From the IMG/VR virus record IMGVR_UViG_3300025913_000021, positions 85,261-149,260 of that record: a stretch of DNA of 64,000 nt; one strand, 5' to 3'. Positions 44,511 to 54,332 of the stretch are shown one piece after another (positions within the stretch are counted from its first letter, which is position 1; the number at the start of each line of letters is the position of its first letter). The DNA is from a virus. Below the pieces are notes generated by a model. That model saw only the letters and a list, made by a program, of their open reading frames with translations, was not told the DNA's origin and searched no databases. A program made the position numbers and the translations under genes.

Positions 44511-44851
44511 TCGGCCAGCTCGTTGCCCATCATCGAGTTGTCCGTGCCGTCCTCGTCGTCGTCACTGCCCGGCGAGTCGAACTTCATCTTGTCCTCGTGC
44601 CGCTTCTTGATCACCTTGAACCATTCGTTCACGGCCTCGGTGTCATCCCACAGCGCCTCGGGCGGGATCTCGTCCTCGACGTAGTTCTCGAACCAGTTCA
44701 GCACCGCGAGGCCGTGGTTGATCGCCTCCTGGAGAGGCCAGGGCACGTCCTCTATTCGATCGACTCCACGGGGGTAGAGGATTCGGAAATCTCCGGCTCT
44801 GCGGGCGGCTCCGATGAGTCCGAGGAAGGTGCCGCCCCCTGCGAGTTTTTT
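44495..44851 (-). CDS. tail assembly chaperone, -1 frameshift extension (gpT-like)
   Basis: The -1 frame is open from the slippery site A AAA AAC (44851-44845) into ORF 44495..44746. Confidence 0.75.
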   Translation of the reverse strand, partial: KKLAGGGTFLGLIGAARRAGDFRILYPRGVDRIEDVPWPLQEAINHGLAVLNWFENYVEDEIPPEALWDDTEAVNEWFKVIKKRHEDKMKFDSPGSDDDEDGTDNSMMGNELADYFRK

Positions 44852-45636
44852 GCTTCACCGGAGTCCGTGACGAAGGTCGCGAGCTTGTCGCTCAGCGCAT
44901 CTTGCAGCTCCTGCGGCTGCCTGCGCATGTCCTCGGTGTCCTCGAAGTACAGCTCGTTGTGGTCCTCGTCGTCGCGGCAGGCGTAGAACAGCATCCACAG
45001 CTCGTAGGCGTCCATGAACGCCGCCGTGCCCGCCTGGTCGGCACGCTTCTCGTAGGCGCGCTTCTCCAGCTCCGAACGCGGCATGAGCTTCATCGCCTCG
45101 TTGGCGCTCTCCCGCAGCTCGCGGGCCCGCTCGGTGACCTGGCGACCGAACTCCTCGTCGCGCTTCATCAGCGGCTGCCACTCCGGGTCGTCCTTCGGAG
45201 CACCCGCCTCCTGGAACTGCCGCATGGCGTCCCGCAGTGCGTTGAAGTCCTCCCACTCGGGCTCCTTGAGCACGTCGCGACGCGCCTCGGACAGCCGGTC
45301 GGACTCGTCGAGGTCGATCACGTAATCGACGAGACCGTCCATCGAAAGCTGCGCGACGAAGGCACGGACGTTGATCCATTCCTTCGACTCGGTGTCCTTG
45401 CTGGCCACGAGGGTGCGGGCCCGAGCTGCCTGGGCCTCACGCACGACCTGCTCGCGCTGCAAGGGGTTGGCCGGACAGACCCAGATCTTCATGTCGTCCG
45501 GCTGGGCCTCGGCCTCGGACTCCCGGATGATCGGGACGCCATCAGGCCCGGCTGTGAAGTAGACGTAGGAGCCCCTGTCGAACAGAGCCTCCAGGCGACG
45601 GCGCTTTTCGATGCGCGTCAGTTTGTTCCTGCTCAT
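44752..45636 (-). CDS. tail assembly chaperone (gpG-like)
   Basis: Lies between the tail tube and TMP genes; ends ...EAKN at the slippery site. Confidence 0.8.
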   Translation of the reverse strand: MSRNKLTRIEKRRRLEALFDRGSYVYFTAGPDGVPIIRESEAEAQPDDMKIWVCPANPLQREQVVREAQAARARTLVASKDTESKEWINVRAFVAQLSMDGLVDYVIDLDESDRLSEARRDVLKEPEWEDFNALRDAMRQFQEAGAPKDDPEWQPLMKRDEEFGRQVTERARELRESANEAMKLMPRSELEKRAYEKRADQAGTAAFMDAYELWMLFYACRDDEDHNELYFEDTEDMRRQPQELQDALSDKLATFVTDSGEAKNSQGAAPSSDSSEPPAEPEISESSTPVESIE

Positions 45637-45682
45637 GGCCAGACTCCATCCATCAGATCCGCTTCCAGTTCCTCACCACGTC

Positions 45683-45710
45683 GCGGGGGCCAGCCGAAGC
45701 CAGCCCCCGC
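45683..45710 (-). terminator. hairpin after major tail gene
   Basis: GCGGGGGC/GCCCCCGC inverted repeat. Confidence 0.55.
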
Positions 45711-45730
45711 GCGCAGTGTCGAGCGAGTCG

Positions 45731-47065
45731 TCAGTTCGGGACGACGGTGTTGCTGGAGCCCGGGAGGCCCTGGAGCTGAGCCAGGGTCGCCGCGCCCTTG
45801 ATGATGTAGATCAGGCCCTTGTCGGACGTGTAGGTCACGTCCGACGTGAGCTTCTGGCTGACCCGACCCTCGTAGCCCGGGATGGTGAAGCGCGCATCCG
45901 GGATGAAGATCGTCTTGAGCACCGCGCCCTGGGCAACGTGCGAGGTGCCGCCCGAGGCCGGGTTGAGCAGCTCGACGATGATCGGGACGGTCACCGAGGA
46001 CTGCGGGCCGATGATGTCGGTCGTCGGCACGCCGGTGATCTGGTACAGCTTGTCGAACAGCGCCTGCACCGTGATGGCCTTGAGGCCGATCGTGCCCGTC
46101 ACGTCCGGCGGGTCGATGTAGTCACGGTTGACGGCGTGGGCGTCGCCGAACTCGTAGTCGTTGTCGAGCGTGACACGCCAGTTCGCCTCGAAGGACTGCA
46201 CGTCGTGCCACTTGTGGCTGATGTTCAAGCCACCGACCTTGACCCGGATGTCACGGCCACGGATCGCCGCAGGCTTCACCGAGAGGTCCGAGTGGACCAC
46301 CTGCGGATAGGTCACCGAGATGGGCGTGTCCGTCGCCGTCTCGTTGGCACCGAACGTGATCCGGATGACCGAACCGTTCGCCGGAGCCGACGTGAAGGTG
46401 ACACCCGTCTCGGTGTCGGTGAAGTCCACGTCCCGGCGCTGACGCTTGCCGTCCACCGAGACGTTCAGGGCGAACTGCGACTGCCCCTGCTCGGTGTAGA
46501 GCAACGCCTTGAGCGCGACCGGAGTCGCGTCAGCCGTCTGGAACTGGAACGTGGTGGTGGTGCCGTCGCCGTCGTACACCGCCAGGAACGGCACGCCGGG
46601 GACGTAGTAGATCGAGTCCCCGCGCAGGGTGTAGTTCTCCCCTGCGTTGGCCTGGAGACCGTACTGGTACTGCACGGACTCCAGGCTGAGCTGCGGAACG
46701 GCCACGCCTCGGACGACGCTGTACTGCCCTTGCGCCGTCTTGAAGGGCGAGATGATGTCGGCGGGGATCGCATCCGCGAGGGAATAGACCGCGCCGGGGG
46801 TGGTGCCGTCACCGAGTGGATGATCGGTGTCGTTGTCGGGCCGGACTGCACCCGTCAGGAGAGCTTCCACCTGCGTGCCCACGTCCAGCACGTCGAGAGT
46901 GAAGCTCAGGTCCGGAACATCCCGGACGATGCCGACGCTCTGGTAGTTCCCCAGCTCGTAGACACGATCCTGCGGGATGTTCAGGTTGCCCGCGCCACCC
47001 GTCTGGATCCGATCGACGATGAACTGGTTCATCGCGTGAAGGATCTGACCTGCCCTGATAGCCAT
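45731..47065 (-). CDS. major tail (tube) protein
   Basis: Position upstream of the chaperones and TMP; strong SD GAGGAGG; duplicated YELG/YEFG tube motifs. Confidence 0.78.
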   Translation of the reverse strand: MAIRAGQILHAMNQFIVDRIQTGGAGNLNIPQDRVYELGNYQSVGIVRDVPDLSFTLDVLDVGTQVEALLTGAVRPDNDTDHPLGDGTTPGAVYSLADAIPADIISPFKTAQGQYSVVRGVAVPQLSLESVQYQYGLQANAGENYTLRGDSIYYVPGVPFLAVYDGDGTTTTFQFQTADATPVALKALLYTEQGQSQFALNVSVDGKRQRRDVDFTDTETGVTFTSAPANGSVIRITFGANETATDTPISVTYPQVVHSDLSVKPAAIRGRDIRVKVGGLNISHKWHDVQSFEANWRVTLDNDYEFGDAHAVNRDYIDPPDVTGTIGLKAITVQALFDKLYQITGVPTTDIIGPQSSVTVPIIVELLNPASGGTSHVAQGAVLKTIFIPDARFTIPGYEGRVSQKLTSDVTYTSDKGLIYIIKGAATLAQLQGLPGSSNTVVPN

Positions 47066-47086
47066 GTCTCTGCCTCCTCTCTTGGG

Positions 47087-47115
47087 CCATCGGTAGACCG
47101 GTTAGGCGGATTCCC
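47087..47115 (-). promoter_or_regulatory. candidate sigma-28-type promoter (weak -35)
   Basis: GGGAAT-N15-ACCGATGG. Confidence 0.4.
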
Positions 47116-47135
47116 CTTGCGGGCCCCTCAGCACC

Positions 47136-47753
47136 TCAACGGAAGATCCGTCTAGCTTCATCGGTCAGCCGAGTGCGCAGTTCGACGTAGCCCGCCGCGC
47201 CGCCGTCGCCGATGAAGTGCTTGCCCTTGATCTCGCGCCGGATGCGCTTGCGCCGACGCCGTGCCGCAGCGACCGCCTGCGCGTTCAACTCGCTGGCGTA
47301 GTAGAGCTGCTCGCTGTGCACGCCGCGCTGCGCACGCGACGGGGCAGCACCCGGGCCGCTGGCCCAGTAGAGGTTCGCACTGATCGTGCGGCCCACCTGG
47401 GAGCGCACGGTGATGGAGCCGCGCGGGTTGAGGATCGCCGCGCTCTGACCGGTCCCGATCTCCTGGATGAGCGCGTAGAACGGCAGCCGAGCCAGCTCGA
47501 ACTCGATGCCGCCACCGGTCGCGGTGCGGATCCAGGAGATCTCCGAGGCGAAGGCCCCGCTGGTGCTCAGTCGTCCAGGACGCGTGGGCGCTGGCGGTCG
47601 GCCGGACAGGCGCGAGACGAAGCGCTGTCGGGACACGGCCGTCGCGGTCGCGGCAGCCGCTTGTTCGGCGGCTGGGATCGCGGAGCGGAACTTCTGCGCC
47701 TGTGCGTAGGCGTTCAGGAACCGTTTGGCCTTCGCGCTGAGGACGACCGGCAT
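47136..47753 (-). CDS. tail completion/neck protein (HK97 gp10-like)
   Basis: YALIQEIGTG and IKGKHFI motifs; basic. Confidence 0.55.
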   Translation of the reverse strand: MPVVLSAKAKRFLNAYAQAQKFRSAIPAAEQAAAATATAVSRQRFVSRLSGRPPAPTRPGRLSTSGAFASEISWIRTATGGGIEFELARLPFYALIQEIGTGQSAAILNPRGSITVRSQVGRTISANLYWASGPGAAPSRAQRGVHSEQLYYASELNAQAVAAARRRRKRIRREIKGKHFIGDGGAAGYVELRTRLTDEARRIFR

Positions 47754-47926
47754 CAGTTGTTGAAGGTGTCGGCCACGTGCACCAGTGGCACCAGGATCCA
47801 GAACAGCAGACCGAGGGCCACGAAGTTCATGGGGGTGGGCCGACCCTGCGGTCGGCGGCTGATGATGACCTCGACCAGGAAGCTGAGCGCCCCGAGGATG
47901 AGCATGATGAGCGTGAACAGACGCAT
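47753..47926 (-). CDS. 57-aa two-TM membrane protein (not in ORF track)
   Basis: MRLFTLIMLILGALSFLVEVII...NFVALGLLFWILVPLV; AAGGGAG SD. Confidence 0.6.
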   Translation of the reverse strand: MRLFTLIMLILGALSFLVEVIISRRPQGRPTPMNFVALGLLFWILVPLVHVADTFNN

Positions 47927-47944
47927 GTCCGTTTCTCCCTTGGA

Positions 47945-48205
47945 CTAGACGCTCTGGTCGAGCCGCTCGTTCACGGCCTTGAGCAGCGTGATCAGCTCGT
48001 CGTTGTGGAGCGACCCAACGTCGCTCTTGAACAGGTCCAGTGCCGAGTCGTGGTAGCTGTTCAGCGCATCGAGCACGAGCTGACGAAACTTGCGCTGCTG
48101 TTCCTGGTCCAGCTTCGGGAAGATCTCACGCTCGGCATACCCGAGAATCGAGCCCAAAGCACGGTCCCGACGTGCCTTGAGGAACTGCTTCACCGGGATG
48201 CTCAT
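47945..48205 (-). CDS. hypothetical protein
   Basis: Coupled; helical. Confidence 0.6.
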   Translation of the reverse strand: MSIPVKQFLKARRDRALGSILGYAEREIFPKLDQEQQRKFRQLVLDALNSYHDSALDLFKSDVGSLHNDELITLLKAVNERLDQSV

Positions 48206-48753
48206 GGCTGCATGACCGTCCTGCCTCCGTCTACGAAGTCCCGCACGATCAACTCACCGAAGAACAGGTGATGCTCGTACGGCACCGCGTCCTGTGGTGC
48301 ACGCGCCCACTGCCACGAATCGACCTCCATCATGCGAACCAGGGGCGGGGTTGCGTGGTTGTAGTCGTACAGCGCCACGTAGGGCGCGTTGGTGAGCCCG
48401 TCGTAGCGGTCGGACAGGTCGCTGAACACGGCCAGTCCGGTGTCGTCGTCCTGGGCGTAGAAGCCGAAGTTGAACCGGTGCTGACGCGTCAGGTCGCCGC
48501 CCAGCTCCCACTCGCCGATCGCGCTCGGGTCACCGTTGTCGATGACCAGCGTGTTCACGTGCACCTCGTCCTGCACGTAGATCTGGAACTCCGGGAAGAA
48601 CTCCTTGACCGTGAAGGGGAACTCCAGGTCGGCGCTCGTCCAGCCGGTCGCCTGGAGCGTGGCCCGCAGGTCGTTGAACACGCTGGAACGCACCATGCGC
48701 GAGCGCCAGCGGACGAAGCCGCCGACGCCACCGTCGATCACCGTGTCGGTCAT
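48202..48753 (-). CDS. putative tail terminator
   Basis: Synteny; ATG at 48753. Confidence 0.55.
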   Translation of the reverse strand: MTDTVIDGGVGGFVRWRSRMVRSSVFNDLRATLQATGWTSADLEFPFTVKEFFPEFQIYVQDEVHVNTLVIDNGDPSAIGEWELGGDLTRQHRFNFGFYAQDDDTGLAVFSDLSDRYDGLTNAPYVALYDYNHATPPLVRMMEVDSWQWARAPQDAVPYEHHLFFGELIVRDFVDGGRTVMQP

Positions 48754-49214
48754 GCCGTGGTCACCTCGACGCCCTTGCGGAAGCAGACCAGCGTGTAGAC
48801 CGTCACCGGCCCGAGCCCGACGCTCTGCATCTCCTGGATGAGATACCGACGCCCGGCCAAATTCACTTCGATGGCTTCTCGGACCTGGGCGTACTGCTCG
48901 TCGAGGAGGGTGAGGGTTGCTCGGGTCTGCCAGAGAGTGCCGACGAGCCCCGTCTCGTTCGTGGTATCCGTCGCGAACTCCACGGCACACGGGACCTGTA
49001 CTGGCTCCGGCGCGGAGCGGGTTGGCTTGATCCGTACGTCAATGGGCTTCCCTTCGGAGTCCAGCAACGTGCCTTCGGGGTAGGCGAGCGTCTCGGGGAA
49101 GAAGAACGTCGGCCGCTCCTCCACCGGCACCGGCAGCCCCATGATCATCGTGTTGAGGATGTTGGTGCGGAAGGTGTCGGCGTCGAAGCCGCTCAGGATG
49201 GGGGAATCTGCCAT
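48750..49214 (-). CDS. putative head-closure protein
   Basis: Synteny; VPCAVE and GRRYLI beta strands. Confidence 0.55.
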   Translation of the reverse strand: MADSPILSGFDADTFRTNILNTMIMGLPVPVEERPTFFFPETLAYPEGTLLDSEGKPIDVRIKPTRSAPEPVQVPCAVEFATDTTNETGLVGTLWQTRATLTLLDEQYAQVREAIEVNLAGRRYLIQEMQSVGLGPVTVYTLVCFRKGVEVTTA

Positions 49215-49810
49215 CAGACGATCCCCGATGGGTCAATCGCGTCGAGCACGTTCGAGCCGATGGCCGAGAGGTACCAGTCGTAGAGGTAGCCCGAGTAGCT
49301 CGACGGGCTGGCCGAGCGCACCGAGAAGGCGTCGATGACGTGCACGTCCTGGTTGTAGGTGCGCAGGAACAGCAGCCGCTGACGCACCGCTTGCAGCTCC
49401 TTGAGCATCTCGACCAGGAGGTTGGCCGAGAAGTCCTGCTCGAACTCGACCGGCCCGGCCTTCGCGCGCAACCGGCTCGACTGCACCATGAGCTGATTGC
49501 GAATGATCTTGATGCCCGCGTAGAGGATCACCAGCGCGATCTCGGGCCGCGAGATGTCCATCGTCGGGTCGAAGGGGGTCGGCGTGTAGTCGGTCTCGCC
49601 CGCCACCACCTCTGGGTCGTTGACGGGCAGGATGATGCCGTTCGCGTCGCACGAGAACGGCTCCATGAAGCCGTCGAGACGCACCTCCCAGAAGGCGTCG
49701 GCCAGGTAGCCGACCATCACGTCGTCACTGACCGTGCTGAACATCGTCGAGCCCGGGGGCGCGACCTCGCGCCGCAGCGCATCCACGTAGTCGGACAGGT
49801 CAACGGCCAT
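49214..49810 (-). CDS. putative head-tail adaptor
   Basis: LRREV...FS...D...YL and KAGPVEFE motifs. Confidence 0.6.
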   Translation of the reverse strand: MAVDLSDYVDALRREVAPPGSTMFSTVSDDVMVGYLADAFWEVRLDGFMEPFSCDANGIILPVNDPEVVAGETDYTPTPFDPTMDISRPEIALVILYAGIKIIRNQLMVQSSRLRAKAGPVEFEQDFSANLLVEMLKELQAVRQRLLFLRTYNQDVHVIDAFSVRSASPSSYSGYLYDWYLSAIGSNVLDAIDPSGIV

Positions 49811-49816
49811 GCTTGA

Positions 49817-49845
49817 CCATCGGCGTGGTTCGACCGCCGCTTGAG
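49817..49845 (-). promoter_or_regulatory. sigma-28-type promoter, leaderless
   Basis: CTCAAG-N15-GCCGATGG, then 6 nt, then ATG; best match in the window. Confidence 0.8.
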
Positions 49846-49853
49846 GATCGACG

Positions 49854-51236
49854 CTACGGCTTCGCGACCTCGCCGTAGCCGATCATGACGTTGCCCGCCG
49901 CGCTGGTGCCCGTGGCCGTGAAGCAGAGGCTCAGGAACAACTGGGCCGTCGTGTCCACGGTAGCGACGCCGCCGTTGACGATGGACTTCGGCACGATCGA
50001 GTCACCGAAGATGCCGATCTCGCCCAGGATCGAGCCCGACGCGCCGATCGCACGACAGGTGACGGTCGCCTCGATGCGCCAGTTCGCCGTGGAGGCCACC
50101 GCTGCGCTGGTGCCGGACAGCATCGAGGTATCCGCTGTCGTCCCAGCCGTGCCCGCACGGACGCGCGCCGTGATGGTGGGCGTCGTACCGGCCGTAAAGA
50201 CACCGGCCGCAGCCAGGCGCAGCACTGACCCGACCTTCAACGTGTTCGCCGGAACCGCCCACTGGATGCAGATGACCTCCGCCGTGGTGTAGGCCAGGTT
50301 CGCCACGCGTGAAGCGGGGGGCGACAGCACGAGGCCCGTGCCCGCATCGACGTAGTTCTTGGTCGCAGCGTCCTGAGCGGCAGCCGGGTCCACGAACTGG
50401 GTTCGGCCGCTGGGGTCGCGACGCACGATCGTGCCGGTGTTCTGAATGGCTTGCGACCACAGGGAGGACACCGTGTACCACTTGGTGTTGGCGGCACGAT
50501 AGACCAGTCGCATCGACTCCTGGGCGAACAGGGCGATCGACGAGGTGCCCGCCCCGATGTCGTGAGTGTCGGTGCCGCCCCGCACGATACTGACCGAGAG
50601 GGTCGGGTTGGTCGCAGCGTTGAACACCTCGACGACCGTTCCATCGGGCGGTGCCGTCGGGAGCGTGCAGTTGAAGCTGGACGAAGGTACGCATCGGTTG
50701 TAGGTGCCCGGCGTAGCCGTGAAAGCGCTCGTCTGGAGTACGACCGTGAGCGTGCGGCCATCTACATAGCCCTTGGTGGTGATGTGGTTCGTGCTGGTCG
50801 GCAGGGCGACCTCGGCGTTGCCGTTGCCATCGCGAGCCATGAGCGACGGCGTGCTGAACGTGTCGAGCGCCCAGTTCGGCCCCGAGAAGCCGGTAGCGAA
50901 AGTGCTTGCTCCCCAGGCGAAGCCGACCCACGCCGAATTTTGGTAGACGAACAGGACCGAGCTGTAGATGCCCAGCGTCCAGGTACTGCCTGCACTGACG
51001 CCGAGGAAGGTGCCGCTCACCTTCACGAGGTACGGCTGAATGTTCGATGTGTTGTCACTACGAGTGAGGAGCACGCAAGCGCCCGGCGACGGGGAAGTTG
51101 GCAGCGTGACCACGATGTCGGCGAGCTGAGCGCCGTTGTTGACCTCATACGCATAACCGACCTGGGCGGTGAATGAGCTGAACTGGACACCGCCGTCCTC
51201 GAACGCCATCCCAGCCGGGGGACCGATGTTGGGCAC
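49854..51236 (-). CDS. fibre/spike protein with repeated beta modules
   Basis: TLPT.P..G modules; TKGYVD and DAATKNYVD neck motifs. Confidence 0.7.
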   Translation of the reverse strand: MPNIGPPAGMAFEDGGVQFSSFTAQVGYAYEVNNGAQLADIVVTLPTSPSPGACVLLTRSDNTSNIQPYLVKVSGTFLGVSAGSTWTLGIYSSVLFVYQNSAWVGFAWGASTFATGFSGPNWALDTFSTPSLMARDGNGNAEVALPTSTNHITTKGYVDGRTLTVVLQTSAFTATPGTYNRCVPSSSFNCTLPTAPPDGTVVEVFNAATNPTLSVSIVRGGTDTHDIGAGTSSIALFAQESMRLVYRAANTKWYTVSSLWSQAIQNTGTIVRRDPSGRTQFVDPAAAQDAATKNYVDAGTGLVLSPPASRVANLAYTTAEVICIQWAVPANTLKVGSVLRLAAAGVFTAGTTPTITARVRAGTAGTTADTSMLSGTSAAVASTANWRIEATVTCRAIGASGSILGEIGIFGDSIVPKSIVNGGVATVDTTAQLFLSLCFTATGTSAAGNVMIGYGEVAKP

Positions 51237-51245
51237 CGTTACTCC

Positions 51246-53087
51246 TCAGTTCGCGGCGATGTAGGAGCCGCCGCACGAGACCGACGAGCCCGCCGTGACG
51301 TTGGCGTGGCCCGGCGGAAACGCCGTGATCTGAATGATTCCGCTGCTCGTGATGATGAATGCGGCGATGTCTCCAGTCGCGCCCGACGCGAGCGCAGTGT
51401 TCATCGACGGAACGAAGCGCGTGTCGGTGATCGTCGCCAGTGACGTGTTCGTGATGTTGCCGCTCGTCCCGACGGTGATCGCCGGAGTGGTCAAGACCGC
51501 GTAGATCTGAACCAACTTCCCGATGCGACGCAGCGTGTAGGAGCTGACGCCAGCACCGCTGGCCGCCGACAGTGCACCCGACGTGATCGTGCCCGTGTCG
51601 TCGTAGATCCGCTTCCAGCTCCGCCACCCGCCCGAGGACGACCACTGGCGCATCCACTGTTCGGGAACGTCGCTAGTGGAAAGCCGGTAGACGACCTGGA
51701 CGAGCGAGGTGTCACCACTGGCCCCCTGGTACACCGTGCCGACGTAGGTCGCCGTCGCAGGCCCATTGCTGGCGCTCGCGCCGTAGTAGTCACCCGGCGC
51801 ATTGGCCGAGTTCCAGTCGGTGATCACGGTCGGAGCGACGGAAGCGACCGCTGGGGATACCTCGTAGACCGACTCGACGTAGGCGTTCGTGCCGTCGCCG
51901 ATGAACACCGCCGAGGTGTCCTGGCCCGTGATCACCGCGCTGGCATCGCCGTCGATGGTGCCGCTGGCCGGGACGACGGTGACCGCGTTGGTCGAGCTGT
52001 CGATCTTCTTGACCGTGACCTGCGTTCCGGCCGTGATCGGGATCGTGACCGTGATCGCACCGCTGGCGGCGTTGGCCAGCACGATGTCGCGGTTGACGGC
52101 CGTGTAGTTCGCGGTGATGCTGCGGACCACGCCATCGACGTAGTTCTTCGTGGCCGCATCCTGAGCAGCAGCCGGGTCGGTGAACTGCGAGCGGCCCGAG
52201 GAGTCGCGCGCAACGATCGACGGTGGCAGCGCGTTGGAGGCGGTCGGTCCGAGCATCCCGGACAGGTTGTTGATCACCTGGCCGATCTGGTGCCAGGTCG
52301 TCGTGCTGTTGCGATAGATCAGCGCAAGGCCCATGCCCGGCTTGAGCGTGAACGGGCTCGCTCCAGCGAGAGTGTTCGTCCCGCCCGGCTGGATGGTGAC
52401 GGCGTTGCTGAACGCAGAGTCGATCCGCGTCAGCTCGATGATCGTGCGGTTTGTCGGACTCGTCGGCAAGGTGAGCGTCATTGCGCCACTGGTGGCGTCC
52501 ACGAGATAGGTGGTGTCGGCCGACAGCGTGCCGGAACCGACGACGGCCGCGAAGCTGTGCGGTGCAACCAGGGCATCCACGTAGGTCTTGTTGGCGGCAT
52601 GCCCACCGGCCGTGGCCGTACCGACCTGGAGGTTCGCGTTGCCGTCACGCTGGGCGATGGCACCGCCGACCGCGCTCGAACTCGCGCGCGGGGTGAGTCC
52701 GCTGATGCCACCAATGATCGGGATCGCGTACCAGACGGTGCCGATGTAGATGAACATGACGCCGCCTGCGCCACGGTAGAGCTGCCAGACGCCGCCCGTC
52801 GATTCGGCCAGGGTGTCCGAACCGCCTGGCGAGACGTTGACGAGGTTGGTCGTGCTGTCCGTGCGCCACAGCATGATCTGCGTGCCGAGGGCGGGCGTCG
52901 TCGGCAACGTGAGCGCGATACTCGCACTCGTGGCATCGACCGTGTAGAAGGTGTTCGCCGCGAGAGTGGCCGCGCCCGTCAGGTTCGAGCCGTTGGCCAG
53001 GAGCTTCTGAGCGACCGAATCGACGTACCCCTTGGTGGCAGCGTCCTGGGATGCCGATTCCGCCGCGCCTAGCTGCTTGCGTGCCAT
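51246..53087 (-). CDS. fibre/spike protein with three repeated modules
   Basis: VDATS...TLPT.P repeats; three xTKxYVD-like necks; C-terminal RRIGKLV fibre tip. Confidence 0.72.
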   Translation of the reverse strand: MARKQLGAAESASQDAATKGYVDSVAQKLLANGSNLTGAATLAANTFYTVDATSASIALTLPTTPALGTQIMLWRTDSTTNLVNVSPGGSDTLAESTGGVWQLYRGAGGVMFIYIGTVWYAIPIIGGISGLTPRASSSAVGGAIAQRDGNANLQVGTATAGGHAANKTYVDALVAPHSFAAVVGSGTLSADTTYLVDATSGAMTLTLPTSPTNRTIIELTRIDSAFSNAVTIQPGGTNTLAGASPFTLKPGMGLALIYRNSTTTWHQIGQVINNLSGMLGPTASNALPPSIVARDSSGRSQFTDPAAAQDAATKNYVDGVVRSITANYTAVNRDIVLANAASGAITVTIPITAGTQVTVKKIDSSTNAVTVVPASGTIDGDASAVITGQDTSAVFIGDGTNAYVESVYEVSPAVASVAPTVITDWNSANAPGDYYGASASNGPATATYVGTVYQGASGDTSLVQVVYRLSTSDVPEQWMRQWSSSGGWRSWKRIYDDTGTITSGALSAASGAGVSSYTLRRIGKLVQIYAVLTTPAITVGTSGNITNTSLATITDTRFVPSMNTALASGATGDIAAFIITSSGIIQITAFPPGHANVTAGSSVSCGGSYIAAN

Positions 53088-53090
53088 CCG

Positions 53091-53912
53091 CTAGGCATGC
53101 ACGACCACGCGGTACGCACCGGACGCCGGGGCGGCGGCGAAGTTCAGCGTGATCGTGGTGGTCGAGGTGTGCACCACGTCCGTCTCGACCTCGTTGAAGG
53201 CGGTCGCGTCGTACAGCGCGACCACCACGTCCCGAGTGTTCAGGTTGTGGGTGACGACGATGGCCGTCGAGGAGCCGTCACCGATCGCCGCCGCGTACTT
53301 CTTGACGACGATCGTCGAGTCCACGTAGAGGCCGGTGCCGTCCACGACCAGGCCGGAGCTGCTGGCCAGCTTGATCGAGAAGGTGCCCGAGGACAGGTTC
53401 AGGCCGTTGCCGTTGGTGTAGGTGTTGCTGCCGCCGAAGGCCGCGAAGGTCAGCGCGGTGGTGCCGACGGTGATCGGGTCGTCGGTGGTGAGCACGTACG
53501 CCGTGTCGGCGTTGACGGTGCCCTTCTCGACGTAGACCGCCATGCCGCCGTTGAGCGTCTGCACGCCGTCGGCGCTGCCCGCCGCATCGGTGGCGTCGTT
53601 CGCCCGGCTGGCCGCACCGCTGGCCGGGACGACGTAGATGCCGTTCTCCGAGGCGGTGGTCTGGTTCTTGAGTAGCACCCGCTGCCCGGTGGCCAGCGTG
53701 ACGCCATCGAGGGTCTGGCCGTTGGCCAGGCCCGAGGCGATGGTGACGTTCGCCGTCGAGGCAGCGATGACCGCCTGCTTCCAGCTCAGACCCCGGACGT
53801 ACGCCTGGAGCTGCTGGAGAGTGACGGCATCGGTCGCCGACGTGCCGTCAGCCAGGTTGATGATCTTCTGGTTCTTGTTGTCGATACCAGAGAGGAACTG
53901 CTTAGCGGCCAT
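53091..53912 (-). CDS. head fibre/decoration-like protein
   Basis: KIINLADGTSATDAVTLQQL; DGVTLATGQRVLLKNQT..SENGIY; THNLNT. Confidence 0.72.
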   Translation of the reverse strand: MAAKQFLSGIDNKNQKIINLADGTSATDAVTLQQLQAYVRGLSWKQAVIAASTANVTIASGLANGQTLDGVTLATGQRVLLKNQTTASENGIYVVPASGAASRANDATDAAGSADGVQTLNGGMAVYVEKGTVNADTAYVLTTDDPITVGTTALTFAAFGGSNTYTNGNGLNLSSGTFSIKLASSSGLVVDGTGLYVDSTIVVKKYAAAIGDGSSTAIVVTHNLNTRDVVVALYDATAFNEVETDVVHTSTTTITLNFAAAPASGAYRVVVHA

Positions 53913-53919
53913 GCCTTCT

Positions 53920-53948
53920 TCGTCGGCCGAGATCTAGCTCAGAATGAC
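53920..53948 (-). promoter_or_regulatory. sigma-28-type promoter, leaderless
   Basis: GTCATT-N15-GCCGACGA, then 7 nt, then ATG. Confidence 0.65.
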
Positions 53949-54332
53949 CGTGCCCGTGAACGGAGTTGGGAACTCGATGTAGACCGTATGGAGGTCGGGG
54001 TACTCGACCTCCGTCTCGACCTCGTTGCCGAACTCGTCGATCAGCCGGACGGCCGGGTAGTACGGCAGGTCGTGAGGCTGCGACCAGGAACTGACGGCCG
54101 TCAGAACGTAGCTGATGGCGAAGGCCGTGCCCGGCGGACCCTGGAGACCACGCGGTCCGACGATCCCAAGCTCCTGGACATCGACACGCTGCTGGCTCTG
54201 GGTCTGGACGTTGGTGGCGACCGGCGTGCTGACCGTGACCTGGTTCGGAGCCTGCGTGCTGACGACGACCTGCTGCACCGGCCCCTGCTGGACGGTGACG
54301 TTCGGGCCCTCCTGCGTCTGGACCTCGGTCAC
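53934..54332 (-). CDS. small structural protein with short collagen motif
   Basis: GPRGLQGPPG; W..PHDLPYYPAV. Confidence 0.65.
   Translation of the reverse strand: MTEVQTQEGPNVTVQQGPVQQVVVSTQAPNQVTVSTPVATNVQTQSQQRVDVQELGIVGPRGLQGPPGTAFAISYVLTAVSSWSQPHDLPYYPAVRLIDEFGNEVETEVEYPDLHTVYIEFPTPFTGTVILS

Noticed and set aside
23725-47065. Contractile tail (sheath, baseplate J)
   Set aside because: No sheath or wedge-like gene was recognised; the layout fits a siphovirus.
50340-52200. Repeated DNA in fibre genes as a DGR template/variable repeat pair
   Set aside because: The differences are at synonymous positions rather than adenine-specific, and there is no reverse transcriptase in the window.
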